A DNA stretch of 64,000 bases, from NCBI GenBank assembly GCA_964016885.1, contig OZ024743.1:130386001-130450000 (forward strand), given 5' to 3'. Each line of letters begins with the position of its first letter. Within the stretch, counting starts at the first letter, position 1. The position numbers and the translations under genes were made by a program. Of this stretch, positions 31,641 through 46,200 are shown one piece after another. The stretch comes from Eledone cirrhosa (taxonomy: Eukaryota). The notes below the pieces were generated by a model. It had not been told where the DNA came from and did not search any database. It worked only from the letters and a program-made list of their open reading frames with translations.

Positions 31641-34299
31641 AAGCACCAAGCACCAAACACCAAACACCAAGCACCAATCACCAAACACGAAGCACCAAGC
31701 GCCAAACACCAAACACCAAACACCTAGCACCAAGCACCAAGCACCGAACACCAAGCACCAAACACCAAGCACCAAGCACCAAACACCAAGCACCAAGACC
31801 CAAACACCAAACACCAAGCACCATGCACCCAGAACCAAGCACCAAGCACCAAACACCAAACACCAAGCACCAAGCACCAAACACCAAACACCAAGCACCA
31901 AGCACCAAGCACCAAGCACCAAATACCATACACCAAGCACCAAGCACCAAACACCAAAAACCAATCACCAAGCACCAAAGAGCAAACACCAATCCCCAAG
32001 CACCAAACACCAAACACCAAACACCAAAAAGCAAACACTAAACACAAAACACCAAACAGCAAACACCAAACACCAAATAGCAAACACCAAGCACCAAGCG
32101 CCAAGCACCAAACACCAAACACCAAACACCAAACAGCAAACACCAATCACCAAACACCAGACACCAAACACCAAACAGCAAACACCAAACACCAAACAGC
32201 AAACACCAAACACCAAACACCAAACAGCAAACACGAAACAGCAAACACCAAACAGCAAACACCAAACAGCAAACACCAAACAGCAAACAGCAAACATCAA
32301 ACTCCAAACACCAAGCCACAAGCACCAAACACCAAGCACCAAGCAACAAGCACCAATCACCAAGCACCAAGCACTAAACACCAAACACCTAGCACCAAGC
32401 ACCAAGCACCAAACACCAAGCACCAAGCACCAAGCACCAAACACCAAGCACCAAAGACCAAGCCCCAAATACCAAGCACCAAGCACCAAACACTAATCAC
32501 CAGGGACCAAGCACCAAACACCAAGAACCAAGCACCAAACACTAAACACCAAACACAAAGCACCAAGCACCAAACACCAAACACCAAGCACCAAGTACCA
32601 AACTCCAAACACCAAACACCAAGCACCAAGCACCAAATCCCAAGCACCAAACACCAAGCACCAATCACCAAACACCAAACACCAAGCGCCAAGCACCAAA
32701 CACCAAGCACCAAGCACGAAACACCAAGCACCAAGCACTGAGCACCAAACACCAAGTACCAAGCACCCATCACCAAACACCAAGCACCAAGCACCAAACA
32801 CCAAACAGCAAGCACCAAGCACCAAGCACCAAACATAAAACAACAAGTACCAAGCACCAAACACCAAACACCAAACACCAAACACCAAGCACAAAGCACC
32901 AAACACCAAACACCAAGCACCAAGCACCAGACACCAAGCACCAAGCACCAAGCACCAAGCACCAAAAACCAAGCACCAAGATCCAAGGACCAAACACCAA
33001 GCACAAAACACCAAACACAAAGCACCAAGCACCAAACACCAAACACCAAGCACCAAGCACCAGACACCAAACACCAAGCACCAATCACCAAACACCAAGC
33101 ACCAAGCGCCAAACACCAAAGACCAAACACCTAGCACCAAGCACCAAGCACCGAACACCAAGCACCAAACACCAAGCACCAAGACCCAAACACCAGAAAC
33201 CAAGCACCATGCACCCAGAACCAAGCACCAAGCACCAAACACCAAACACCAAGCACCAAGCACCAAACACCAAACACCAAGCACCAAGCACCAAGCACCA
33301 AGCACCAAACACCATACACCAAGCACCAAGCACCAAACACCAAAAACCAATCACCAAGCACCAAAGAGCAAACACCAAGCCCCAAGCACCAAACACCAAA
33401 CACCAAACACCAAACAACAAACACTAAACAACAAACACCAAACAGCAAACACCAAACACCAAATAGCAAACACCAAACACCAACCAGGAAACACCAAACA
33501 GCAAACACCAAACAGCAATCGCCAAACAGCAAACACAAACACCAAACACCAAACAGCAAGCACCAAGCACCAAGCACAAAACACCAAGCACCAGGCGCCA
33601 AGTACCAAACACCAAACACCAAACACCAAACAGCAAACACCAATCACCAAACACCAGACACCAAACACCAAACAGCAAACACCAAACACCAAACAGCAAA
33701 CACCAAACACCAAACACCAAACAGCAAACACCAAACACCAAACACCAAACACCAAGCACCAAGCACCAAACACCAAGCACCAAGCAACAAACACCAATCA
33801 CCAAGCACCAAGCACTAAAAACCAAACACCCAGCACCAAGCACCAAGCACCAAAGACCAAGCACCAAGCACCAAGCACCAAACACCAAGCACCAAAGACC
33901 AAGCCCCAAATACCAAGCACCAAGCACCAAACACCAATCACCAGGCCCCAAGCACCAAACACCAAGAACCAAGCACCAAGCACTAAACACCAAATACCAA
34001 GCACCAAGCACCAAACTCCAAACACCAAGCACCAAGTACCAAACTCCAAACACCAAACACCAAGCACCAAGCACCAAATCCCAAGCACCAAACACCAAGC
34101 ACCAATCACCAAACACCAAACACCAAGCACCAAGCACCAAACACCAAAAACCAAGCACCAAGCACCAAGCACCAAACACCAAACGCCAAACACCGAACAC
34201 CAAGTACCAAGCACCAAACACCAAGCACCAAGCGCCAAAGACCAAACACCAGGCACCAAGCACGAAACACCAAGCACCAAGCACCAAACACCAAGAACC

Positions 34300-37200
34300 A
34301 AGCACCAAACACCAGACAGCAAGCACCAAGCACCAAACACCATGCACCCAGAACCAAGCACCAAGCACCAAACACCAAACACCAAGCACCAAGCACCAAA
34401 CACCAAACACCAAGCACCAAGCACCAAGCACCAAGCACCAAACACCATACACCAAGCACCAAGCACCAAACACCAAAAACCAATCACCAAGCACCAAAGA
34501 GCAAACACCAAGCCCCAAGCACCAAACACCAAACACCAAACACCAAACAACAAACACTAAACACCAAACAACAAACAGCAAACACCAAACACCAAATAGC
34601 AAACACCAAACACCAACCAGGAAACACCAAACAGCAAACACCAAACAGCAAACGCCAAACAGCAAACACAAACACCAAACACCAAACACCAAGCACCAAG
34701 CACCAAGCACAAAACACCAAGCACCAAGCGCCAAGCACCAAACACCAAACACCAAACACCAAACAGCAAACACCAATCACCAAATACCAGACACCAAACA
34801 CCAAACAGCAAACACCAAACACCAAACAGCAAACACCAAACACCAAACACCAACAGCAAACACGAAACAGCAAACACCAAACAGCAGACACCAAACAGCA
34901 AACACCAAACAGCAAACACTAAACACCAAACACCAAACACCAAGCACCGACCACCAAACACCAAGCACCAAGCAACAAACACCAATCACCAAGCACCGAG
35001 CACTAAAAACCAAACATCTAGCACCAAGCACCAAGCACCAAACACCAAGCACCAAGCACCAAGCACCAAACACCAAGCACCAAAGACCAAGCCCCAAATA
35101 CCAAGCACCAAGCACCAAACACCAATCACCAGGCACCAAGCACCAAACACCAAGAACCAAGCACCAAGCACTAAACACCAAATCCCAAGCACCAAACACC
35201 AAGCACCAATCACCAAACACCAAACACCAAGCACCAAGCACCAAACACCAAAAACCAAGCACCAAGCACCAAGCACCAAACACCTAACGCCAAACACCGA
35301 AAACCAAGTACCAAGCACCAAACACCAAGCACCAAGCGTCAAAGACCAAACACCTAGCACCAAGCACGAAACACCAAGCACCAAGCACCGAGCACCAAAC
35401 ACCAAGTACCAGGCACCAAGCACCAAACACCAAGAACCAAGCACCAAACACCAGACAGCAAGCACCAAGCACCAAACACCAAACACCAAGCACCAAGCAC
35501 CAAACACCAAGCACCAAGCGCCAAACACCAAACACCAAGCACCAAGCACCAAACACCAAGCACCAACCACCAAGCACCAAACACCAAGCACCAAGCACCA
35601 AACACCAAGCACCAATCACCAAACAGCAAGCACCAAGCACCAAACACCAAACACCAAGCACCAAGCACCAAACACCAAGCACCAAGCACCAAACACCAAG
35701 CACCAAGCACCAAACACCAAAAACCAATGACCAAGCACCAAAGAGCAAACACCAAGCCCCAAGCACCAAACACCAAACACCAAACACCAAATAGCAAACA
35801 CTAAACACCAAACACCAAACATCAAACACAAAACACCAAATAGCAAATACCAAACAGCAAACACCAAACACCAAACAGCAAACACCAAACACCAACCAGG
35901 AAACACCAAAGACCAAGCACCAAACACCAAGCACCAAGCCCCAAGCACCAAACACCAAGCACCAAGCACCAAACACCAAGCACCAAGCACCAAGCACCAT
36001 GCACCAAACACCAAGCACCAAGCACCAAACAGCAAACACCAAACAGCAAACACCAAACACCAAACACCAACCAGCAAACACCAAACACCAAACACCAAAC
36101 AGCAAACACCAAACAGCAAACACCAAACAGCAAACACCAAACACCAAACACGAAACACCAAACGCCAAAAAGCAAACGCCAAACCCCAAACGCCAAACAG
36201 CAAATGCCAAACCCCAAACGCCAAACAGCAAACGCCAAGCGCCAAACACCAAAGACCAAGCGCCAAGCAACAAACACCAAACACCAAGCACCAAGCACCA
36301 AACACCAAACACCAAGCACCAAGTACCAAACACCAAACACCAAGCACCAAACACCAAACAGCAAACGCCAAAAAGCAAACGCCAAACCCCAAACGCCAAA
36401 CAGCAAACGCCAAGGACCAAACACCAAACACCAAGCGCCAAGCACCAAATACCAAACACCAAGCACCAAGCACCAAACACCAAACACCAAGGACCAATCA
36501 CCAAACACCAAGCACCAAGCGCCAAACACCAAACACCATACACCTAGCACCAAGCACCAAGCACCAAACACCAAGCACCAAGCCCCAAGCACCAAATAGC
36601 AAGCACCCAGCACCATACACCAAACACCAAGCACCCAGAACAAAGCACCAACCATCAAACACCAAACACCAAGCTCCAAGCACCAAACACCAAACACCAA
36701 GCACCAAGCACCAAGCACCAAGCACCAAACACCAAACACCAAGCACCAAGCACCAAACACCAAGCACCAAGCGCCAAACACCAAACACCAAACACCTAGC
36801 ACCAAGCACCAAGCACCGAACACCAAGCACCAAACACCAAGCACCAAGCACCAAGCACCAAGCACCAAGCACCAAACACCAATCACCAAGCCCCAAGCAC
36901 CAAACACCAAGCACCAAGCACCAAACACCAAACACCAAGCACCAAGCACCCAGAACCAAGCACCAAGCACCAAACACCAAACACCAAGCACCAAGCACCA
37001 AACACCAAACACCAAGCACCAAGCACCAAGCACCAAGCACCAAACACCATACACCAAGCACCAAGCACCAAACACCAAAAACCAATCACCAAGCACCAAA
37101 GAGCAAACACCAAGCCCCAAGCACCAAACACCAAACACCAAACAGCAAACACTAAACACCAAACACCAAACAGCAAACACCAAACAGCAAATAGCAAACA

Positions 37201-40200
37201 CCAAACACCAACCAGGAAACACCAAACAGCAAACACCAAACAGCAAACGCCAAACAGCAAACACAAACACCAAACACCAAGCACCAAGCACCAAGCACAA
37301 AACACCAAGCACCAAGCGCCAAGCACCAAACACCAAACACCAAACACCAAACACCAAACACCAATCACCAGACACCAGACACCAAACACCAAACAGCAAA
37401 CACCAAACACCAAACAGCAAACACCAAACACCAAACACCATGCACCCAGAACCAAGCACCAAGCACCAAACACCAAACACCAAGCACCAAGCACCAAACA
37501 CCAAACACCAAGCACCAAGCACCAAGCACCAAGCACCAAACACCATACACCAAGCACCAAGCACCAAACACCAAAAACCAATCACCAAGCACCAAAGAGC
37601 AAACACCAAGCCCCAAGCACCAAACACCAAACACCAAACACCAAACAACAAACACTAAACACCAAACACCAAACAGCAAACACCAAACACCAAATAGCAA
37701 ACACCAAACACCAACCAGGAAACACCAAACAGCAAACACCAAACAGCAAACGCCAAACAGCAAACACAAACACCAAACACCAAACACCAAGCACCAAGCA
37801 CCAAGCACAAAACACCAAGCACCAAGCGCCAAGCACCAAACACCAAACACCAAACACCAAACAGCAAACACCAATCACCAAATACCAGACACCAAACACC
37901 AAACAGCAAACACCAAACACCAAACAGCAAACACCAAACACCAAACACCAAACAGCAAACACGAAACAGCAAACACCAAACAGCAGACACCAAACAGCAA
38001 ACACCAAACAGCAAACACCAAACACCAAACACCAAACACCAAGCACCAACCACCAAACACCAAGCACCAAGCAACAAACACCAATCACCAAGCACCGAGC
38101 ACTAAAAACCAAACATCTAGCACCAAGCACCAAGCACCAAACACCAAGCACCAAGCACCAAGCAGCAAACACCAAGCACCAAAGACCAAGCCCCAAATAC
38201 CAAGCACCAAGCACCAAACACCAATCACCAGGCACCAAGCACCAAACACCAAGAACCAAGCACCAAGCACTAAACACCAAATACCAAGCACCAAGCACCA
38301 AACACCAAACACCAAGCACCAAGTACCAAACTCCAAACACCAAACACCAAGCACCAAGCACCAAATCCCAAGCACCAAACACCAAGCACCAATCACCAAA
38401 CACCAAACACCAAGCACCAAGCACCAAACACCAAAAACCAAGCACCAAGCACCAAGCACCAAACACCTAACGCCAAACACCGAAAACCAAGTACCAAGCA
38501 CCAAACACCAAGCACCAAGCGTCAAAGACCAAACACCTAGCACCAAGCACGAAACACCAAGCACCAAGCACCGAGCACCAAACACCAAGTACCAGGCACC
38601 AATCACCAAACACCAAGAACCAAGCACCAAACACCAGACAGCAAGCACCAAGCACCAAACACCAAACTCCAAGCACCAAGCACCAAACACCAAGCACCAA
38701 GCGCCAAACACCAAACACCAAGCACCAAGCACCAAACACCAAGCACCAACCACCAAGCACCAAACACCAAGCACCAAGCACCAAACACCAAGCACCAATC
38801 ACCAAACAGCAAACACCAAGCACCAAACACCAAACACCAAGCACCAAGCACCAAACACCAAGCACCAAGCACCAAACACCAAGCACCAAGCACCAAACAC
38901 CAAAAACCAATCACCAAGCACCAAAGAGCAAACACCAAGCCCCAAGCACCAAACACAAAACACCAAATACCAAATAGCAAACACTAAACACCAAACACCA
39001 AACAGCAAACACAAAACAACAAATAGCAAATACCAAACAGCGAACACCAAACACCAAACAGCAAACACCAAACACCAACCAGGAAACACCAAAGACCAAG
39101 CACCAAACACCAAGCACCAAGCCCCAAGCACCAAACACCAAGCACCAAGCACCAAACACCAAGCACCAAGCACCAAGCACCATGCACCAAACACCAAGCA
39201 CCAAGCACCAAACAGCAAACACCAAACAGCAAACACCAAACACCAAACACCAACCAGCAAACACCAAACACCAAACACCAAACAGCAAACACCAAACAGC
39301 AAACACCAAACAGCAAACACCAAACACCAAACACCAAACACCAAACGCCAAAAAGTAAACGCCAAACCCCAAACGCCAAACAGCAAATGCCAAACCCCAA
39401 GCGCCAAACACCAAAGACCAAGCGCCAAGCAACAAACACCAAACACCAAGCACCAAGCACCAAACACCAAACACCAAGCACCAAGTACCAAACACCAAAC
39501 ACCAAGCACCAAACACCAAACAACAAACGCCAAAAAGCAAACGCCAAACCCCAAACGCCAAACAGCAAACGCCAAGGACCAAACACCAAACACCAAGCGC
39601 CAAGCACCAAATACCAAACACCAAGCACCAAGCACCAAACACCAAACACCAAGGACCAATCACCTAACACCAAGCACCAAGCGCCAAACACCAAAAACCA
39701 AACACCTAGCACCAAGCACCAAGCACCAAACACCAAGCACCAAGCCCCAAGCACCAAACAGCAAGCACCCAGCACCATACACCAAACACCAAGCACCAAG
39801 CACCCAGAACAAAGCACCAAGCACCAAACACCAAACACCAAGCTCCAAGCACCAAACACCAAACACCAAGCACCAAGCACCAAGCACCAAGCACCAAACA
39901 CCAAACACCAAGCACCAAGCACCAAACACCAAGCACCAAGCGCCAAACACCAAACACCAAACACCTAGCACCAAGCACCAAGCACCGAACACCAAGCACC
40001 AAACACCAAGCACCAAGCACCAAGCACCAAGCACCAAGCACCAAACACCAATCACCAAGCCCCAAGCACCAAACACCAAGCACCAAGCACCAAACACCAA
40101 ACACCAAGCACCAAGCACCCAGAACCAAGCACCAAGCACCAAACACCAAACACCAAGCACCAAGCACCAAACACCAAACACCAAGCACCAAGCACCAAGC

Positions 40201-40230
40201 ACCAAGCACTAAACACCATACACCAAGCAC
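34300..40230 (+). repeat. Diverged tandem duplication, period ~3.1-3.2 kb
   Basis: Offsets are 3098 (34342/37440), 3183 (35616/38799; GCGTCAAAG 35336/38519) and 3169 (36883/40052). The copies differ by indels and substitutions. Confidence 0.8.
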
Positions 40231-43200
40231 CAAGCACCAATCACTAAACACTAAACACCAAGCACCAAGCACCAAACACAAACACCAAGCACCAAGTACC
40301 AAACTCCAAACACCAAACACCAAGCACCAAGCACCAAATCCCAAGCACCAAACACCATTCACCATAAAACAAACACCAAACACCAAGCATGAAGCACCAA
40401 GCACCAAATACCAATCACCAAGCACCAAAGAGCAAACACCAAGCCCCAAGCACCAAACACCAAACACCAAACACCAAACAGCAAACACTAAACACCAAAG
40501 ACCAAAGAGCAAACACCAAACACCAAATAGCAAACACCAAACACCAACAAGGAAACACCAAACAGCAAACACCAAACAGCAAACGCCAAACAGCAAACAC
40601 AAACACCAAACACCAAACACCAAACACCAAGCACCAAGCACAAAACACCAAGCACCAAGCGCCAAGCACCAAACACCAAACACCAAACACCAAACACCAA
40701 ACACCAATCACCAAACACCAGACACCAAACACCAAACAGCAAACACCAAACACCAAACAGCAAACACCAAACACCAAACACCAAACAGCAAACACCAAAC
40801 AGCAAACACCAAACAGCAAACACCAAACAACAAACAGCAAACACCAAACACCAAACACCAAGCACCAAGCAGCAAACACCAACACCAAGCAACAAGCACC
40901 AATCACCAAGCACCAAGCACTAAACACCAAACACCTAGCACCAAGCACCAAGCACCAAACACCAAGCACCAAGCACCAAGCACCAAACACCAAGCACCAA
41001 AGACCAAGCCCCAAATACCAAGCACCAAGCACCAAACACCAATCACCAGGCACCAAGCACCTAACACCAAGAACCAAGCACCAAGCACTAAACACCAAAC
41101 ACCAAGCACCAAGCACCAAACACCAAGAACCAAGCACCAAGCGCAAACACCGAACACCAAGCACCAAGCACCAAACACCAAGCACCAACCACCAAGCACC
41201 AAACACCAAGCACCAAGCACCAATCACCAAACACCAAGCACCAAGCACCAAACACCAAACATCAAGCACCAAGCACCAAACACCAAACTACAAGCACCAA
41301 GCACCAAACACCAAATACCAAGCACCAACCACCAACCACCAAGCACCAAACACCAAGAACCAAGCACCAAGCACCAAACACCAAGCACCAAATACCAAGC
41401 ACCAGACGCGAAGCACCAAGCACCAAGCACCAAAAACCAAGCACCAAGCTCCAAGCACCAAACACCAAGCACCAAACAACAAACACCAAGCACCAAGCAC
41501 CAAACACCAAGCACCAAGCGCCAAAAACCAAACAATAAGCACCAAGCACCAAATACCAAGCACCAAGCACCAAGCACCAAGCACCAAACACCAAACACCA
41601 AACACCAAACAGCAAACAGCAAACACCAAACACCAAACACCAAACAGCAAACGCCAAACATCAAACGCCAAACACCAAACGCCAAACAGCAAACGCCAAA
41701 CACCAAACGCCAAACAGCAAGCGCCAAGCACGAAACGCCAAACACCAAGCACCAAGCACCAAACACCAAACACCAAGCACCAAGCACTAAACGCCAAACA
41801 CCAAGCGCCAAGCACCAAGCACCAAACACCAAGCACCAAGCACCGAGCACCAGTAACCAAACACCGAGCACCAAGCACCAAGCACCAAACACCAAGCCCC
41901 AAGCACCAAACACCAACCAGCAAACACCAAACACCAAACACTAAAAAGCAAACACCAAACAGCAAACACCAAACAGAAACACCAAACACCAAACACCAAA
42001 CAGCAAACGCCAAGCACCAAACGCCAAAAAGCAAATGCCAAAACCCAAACGCCAAACAGCAAACACCATACCCCAAACGCCAAGCACCAAACACCGAACA
42101 CCAAGCACCAAGCACCAAACACCAAACACCAAGCACCAATCACCAAGCACCAAACACCAATCACCAAGCCCCAAGCACCAAACACCAAGCGTCAAGCACC
42201 AAACACCAAACACCAAGCACCAAGCACCCAGAACCAAGCACCAAGCACGAAACACCAAACACCAAGCACCAAGCACCAAACACCAAATACCAAGCACCAA
42301 GCACCAATCACCAAGCACCAAACAGCATACACCAAGCACCGAGCACCAAACACCAAAAACCAATCACCAAGCACCAAAGAGCAAACACCAAGCCCCAAGC
42401 ACCAAACACCAAACACCAAACACCAAACACTAAACAGCAAACACCAACCAGCAAACACCAAACAGCAAACACCAAACAGCAAACGCCAAACAGCAAACAC
42501 AAACACCAAACACCAAACAACCAAACACCAAGCACCAAACACCAAACACCAATCACCAGGCACCAAGCACAAAACACCAAGCACCAAGCTCCAAACACCA
42601 AACACCAAGCACCAACCACCAAGCACCAAGCACAAAGCACCAAGCACCAAACACAAAACACCAAGTACCAGTCACCAAGCACCAAACACCAAACACCAAA
42701 CACCAAACACCAAACAGCAAACACTAAACACCAAACACAAAACACCAAACACCAAACAGCAAACACCAAACACCAAACAGCAAACACCAAACACCAAACA
42801 CCAAACAGCAAACACCAAACAGCAAACACCAAACAGCAAACACCAAACAGCAAACAGCAAACACCCAACACCAAACACAAAGCACCAAGCACCAAACACC
42901 AAGCACCAAGCAACAAGCACCAATCACCAAGCACCAAACCCTAAACACCAAACACCAAGCACCAAGCACCAAGCACCAAACACCAAGCACCAAGCACCAA
43001 GAACCAAACGCCAAGCACCAAGCACCAAACACCAAGAACCAAGCACCAAGCACCAAGCACCAAAAACCAAGCACTAAGGACCAAGCACCACACACCAAGG
43101 ACCAAGCACCAAACACCAAACACCAAGCACCAAGCACTAAACACCAAACACCAAGCACCAAGCACCAAACACCAAACACCAAGCACCAAGTACCAAACTC

Positions 43201-46200
43201 CGAACACCAAACACCAGGCACCAAGCACCAAGAACCAAGCAGCAAACACCAAACACCAAGCTCCAAGCACCAAACACCAAACACCAAGCACCAAGCACCA
43301 AACACCAAATACCAAGCACCAAGCACTAAACACCAAACACCAAACACCAAGCACCAAGCACTAAACACCAAACACCAAGCACCAAGCACCAAACACCAAA
43401 CACCAAGCACCAAGTACCAAACTCCGAACACCAAACACCAGGCAACATGCACCAAGAACCAAGCAGCAAACACCAAACACCAAGCACCAAGCACCAAGCA
43501 CCAAACACCAAACACCAAACACCAAGCACCAAGCACCAAACACCAAGCACCAAGCGCCAAAGACCAAACACCAAGCACCAAGCATGAAACACCAAGCACA
43601 AAGCACCGAGCACCAAACACCAAGTACCAAGCACCAATCACCAAACACCAAGAACCTAGCAGCAAACACCAAACACCAAGCACCAAGCACCAAACACCAA
43701 ACACCAAGCACCAAGCACCAAACACCAAATACCAAGCACCAAGCACTAAACACCAAACACCAAGCACCAAGCACCAAGCACCAAGCACCAAACACCAAAC
43801 ACCAAACACCAAGCACCAGACACCAAGCACCAAGCACTAAGCACCAAGCACCAAAAACCAAGCACCAAGCTCCAAGCACCAAACACCAAGCACCAAACAC
43901 CAAACACCAAGCACCAAGCACCAATCACCAAGCACCAAGCACCAAATACCAAGCACCAAGCAACAAGCACCAAACACCAAACACCAAACACCAAACACCA
44001 AACACCAAGCCCCAAGCACCAAACACAAAACACCAAGCACCAAGCACCAAACACCAAACACCAAGCACCAACCACCAAAGACCAAATACCAAGCACCAAG
44101 CACCAGGCACCAAGCACCAAACACCAAGCACCAAGCACCAAGCACCAAACACCAAGCACCAAACACCAAGCACCAGACACCAAGCACCAAGCACCAAACA
44201 CCAAACAGCAAACACCAAACAGCAAACACCAAACAGCAAACACGAAACACCAAACACCAACCAGCAAACACCAAGCACCAAGCACTAAACAGCAAACACC
44301 AAGCACCAAGCACCAAGCACCAAACACCAAGCACCAAGCACCAAGCACCAAACACCAAGCACCAAGCACCAACCACCAAGCAGCAAGCACCAAGCACCAA
44401 GCACCAAACACCAAGCACCAAGCACCAAACACCAAACACCAAGCACCAATCACCAAACACCAAACACCAAGCACCAAGCACCAAACACCAAGCACCAAGC
44501 ACCAAAGAGAAAAAAACCAAGCACCAAGCATCAAACACCAAACACCAAACACCACACAGCAAACAGCAAACAGCAAACACCAAACAGCAAACACCAAATA
44601 GCAAACACCAAACAGCAAACACCAAACACCAAACAGCAAACACTAAACACCAAACACCAAGCACCAAGCACCAAGCACCAAACAACAAGCACCAAGCACC
44701 AAGCACCAAGCACCAAACACCAAACACCAAATGCCAAACACCAAACACCAAGCATCAAGCACCAAACACCAAACACCAAGCACCAAGCACCAAGCACCAA
44801 GCACCAAACACCAAGCACCAAGCAACAATCACCAAACACCAAACACCAGGCACCAAACACCAAACAGCAAACACCAATCACCAAACACCAAACACCAAAC
44901 AGCAAACACCAATCACCAAACAACAAACACCAAACACCAAACAGTAAACACCAAACACCAAACAGCAAACACCAAACACCAAACACCAAACAGCAAACAC
45001 CAAACACCAAACACCAAACACCAAACACCAAACAAACAGCAAACAGCAAACACCAAACAGCAAACAGCAAACACCAAACACCAAACAACAAACGCCAAAC
45101 AGCAAATGCCAGCCACCAGATGCCTAACAGCAAACGCCAAACACCAAACGCCAAACAGCAAACACCAAACACCAAACAGCAAACACCAAACACCAAACAC
45201 CAAATAGCAAACACCAAACAGCAAACACCAAACAACAAACACCAAACAGCAAACACCAAACAGCAAACAGCAAACACCAAACACCAAACACCAAGCACCA
45301 AGCACCAAACACCAAGCACCAATCAACAAGCACCAATCACCAAGCACCAAGCACTAAACACCAAACACCAAGCACCAAGCACCAAGCACCAAACACCAAG
45401 CACAAAGCACCAAGCACCAAACGCCAACCAACAAGCACCAAACACCAAGCACCAAGCACCAAGCACCAAACACCAAGCACCAAAGACCAAGCACCAAATA
45501 CCAAGCACCAAGCACCAAACACCAATCACCAAGCACCAAGCACCAAACACCAAGAACCAAGCACCAATCACTAAACACTAAACACCAAGCACCAAGCACC
45601 AAACACAAACACCAAGCACCAAGTACCAAACTCCAAACACCAAACACCAAGCACCAAGCACCAAATCCCAAGCACCAAACACCATGCACCATAAAACAAA
45701 CACCAAACACCAAGCATGAAGCACCAAGCACCAAATACCAAACACCAAACACCAAGCACCACATCAAACACCAAGCACCAAGCACCAATCGCCAAGCACC
45801 AAGCACCAAGCAACAAACACAAAGCACCAAACACCAAGCACCAAGCACCAAGCACCAAACACCAAGCACCAAGCACCCAACACCAAACACCAATCACCAA
45901 GCACCAAAGAGCAAACACCAAGCCCCAAGCACCAAACACCCAACACCAAACACCAAACATCAAACACCAATTACGAATCACCAAACAGCAAACAGCAAAC
46001 ACCAAACACCAAACACCAAGCACCAAGCACCAAACACCAAACACCAAGCACTAAGCACCAAACACCAAATACCAAGCACCAAGCACTAAACACGAAACAC
46101 CAAGCACCAAGCACCAAGCACCAAGCACCAAACACCAAGCACCAAACACCAAGCACCAAACACCAAGCACCAAGCACCAAGCACCAGACACCAAGCACCA

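Larger units (their letters stand above)
1..40430 (+). repeat. Higher-order repeat (HOR) organisation of the left arm, units ~1.1-1.6 kb with some 2.7-3.2 kb
   Basis: The landmark AAAGAGCAAACACCAAGCCCC (or a one-base variant) recurs at 2, 1121, 2653, 4080, 5612, 7039, 8593, 9881, 11028, 13729, 16920, 18467, 19999, 21503, 23070, 24217, 27065, 28793, 30340, 31977, 33363, 34496, 35740, 37098, 37594, 38923 and 40427. It is usually followed by the same ordered variants (TAGCAAA, CCAGGAAA, a 6-bp CACAAA, CACGAAA). Confidence 0.92.

Noticed and set aside
44504-44516. Purine run AAAGAGAAAAAAA as a possible insertion or poly(A) remnant
   Set aside because: It parses as a mutated GAGCAAA monomer followed by AACCAAG with one extra A. 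There is no target-site duplication or foreign sequence.
45964-45984. CCAATTACGAATCACC, an apparently unique stretch
   Set aside because: It stays in register (CACCAAT TACGAAT CACCAAA) and is simply a multiply substituted monomer.
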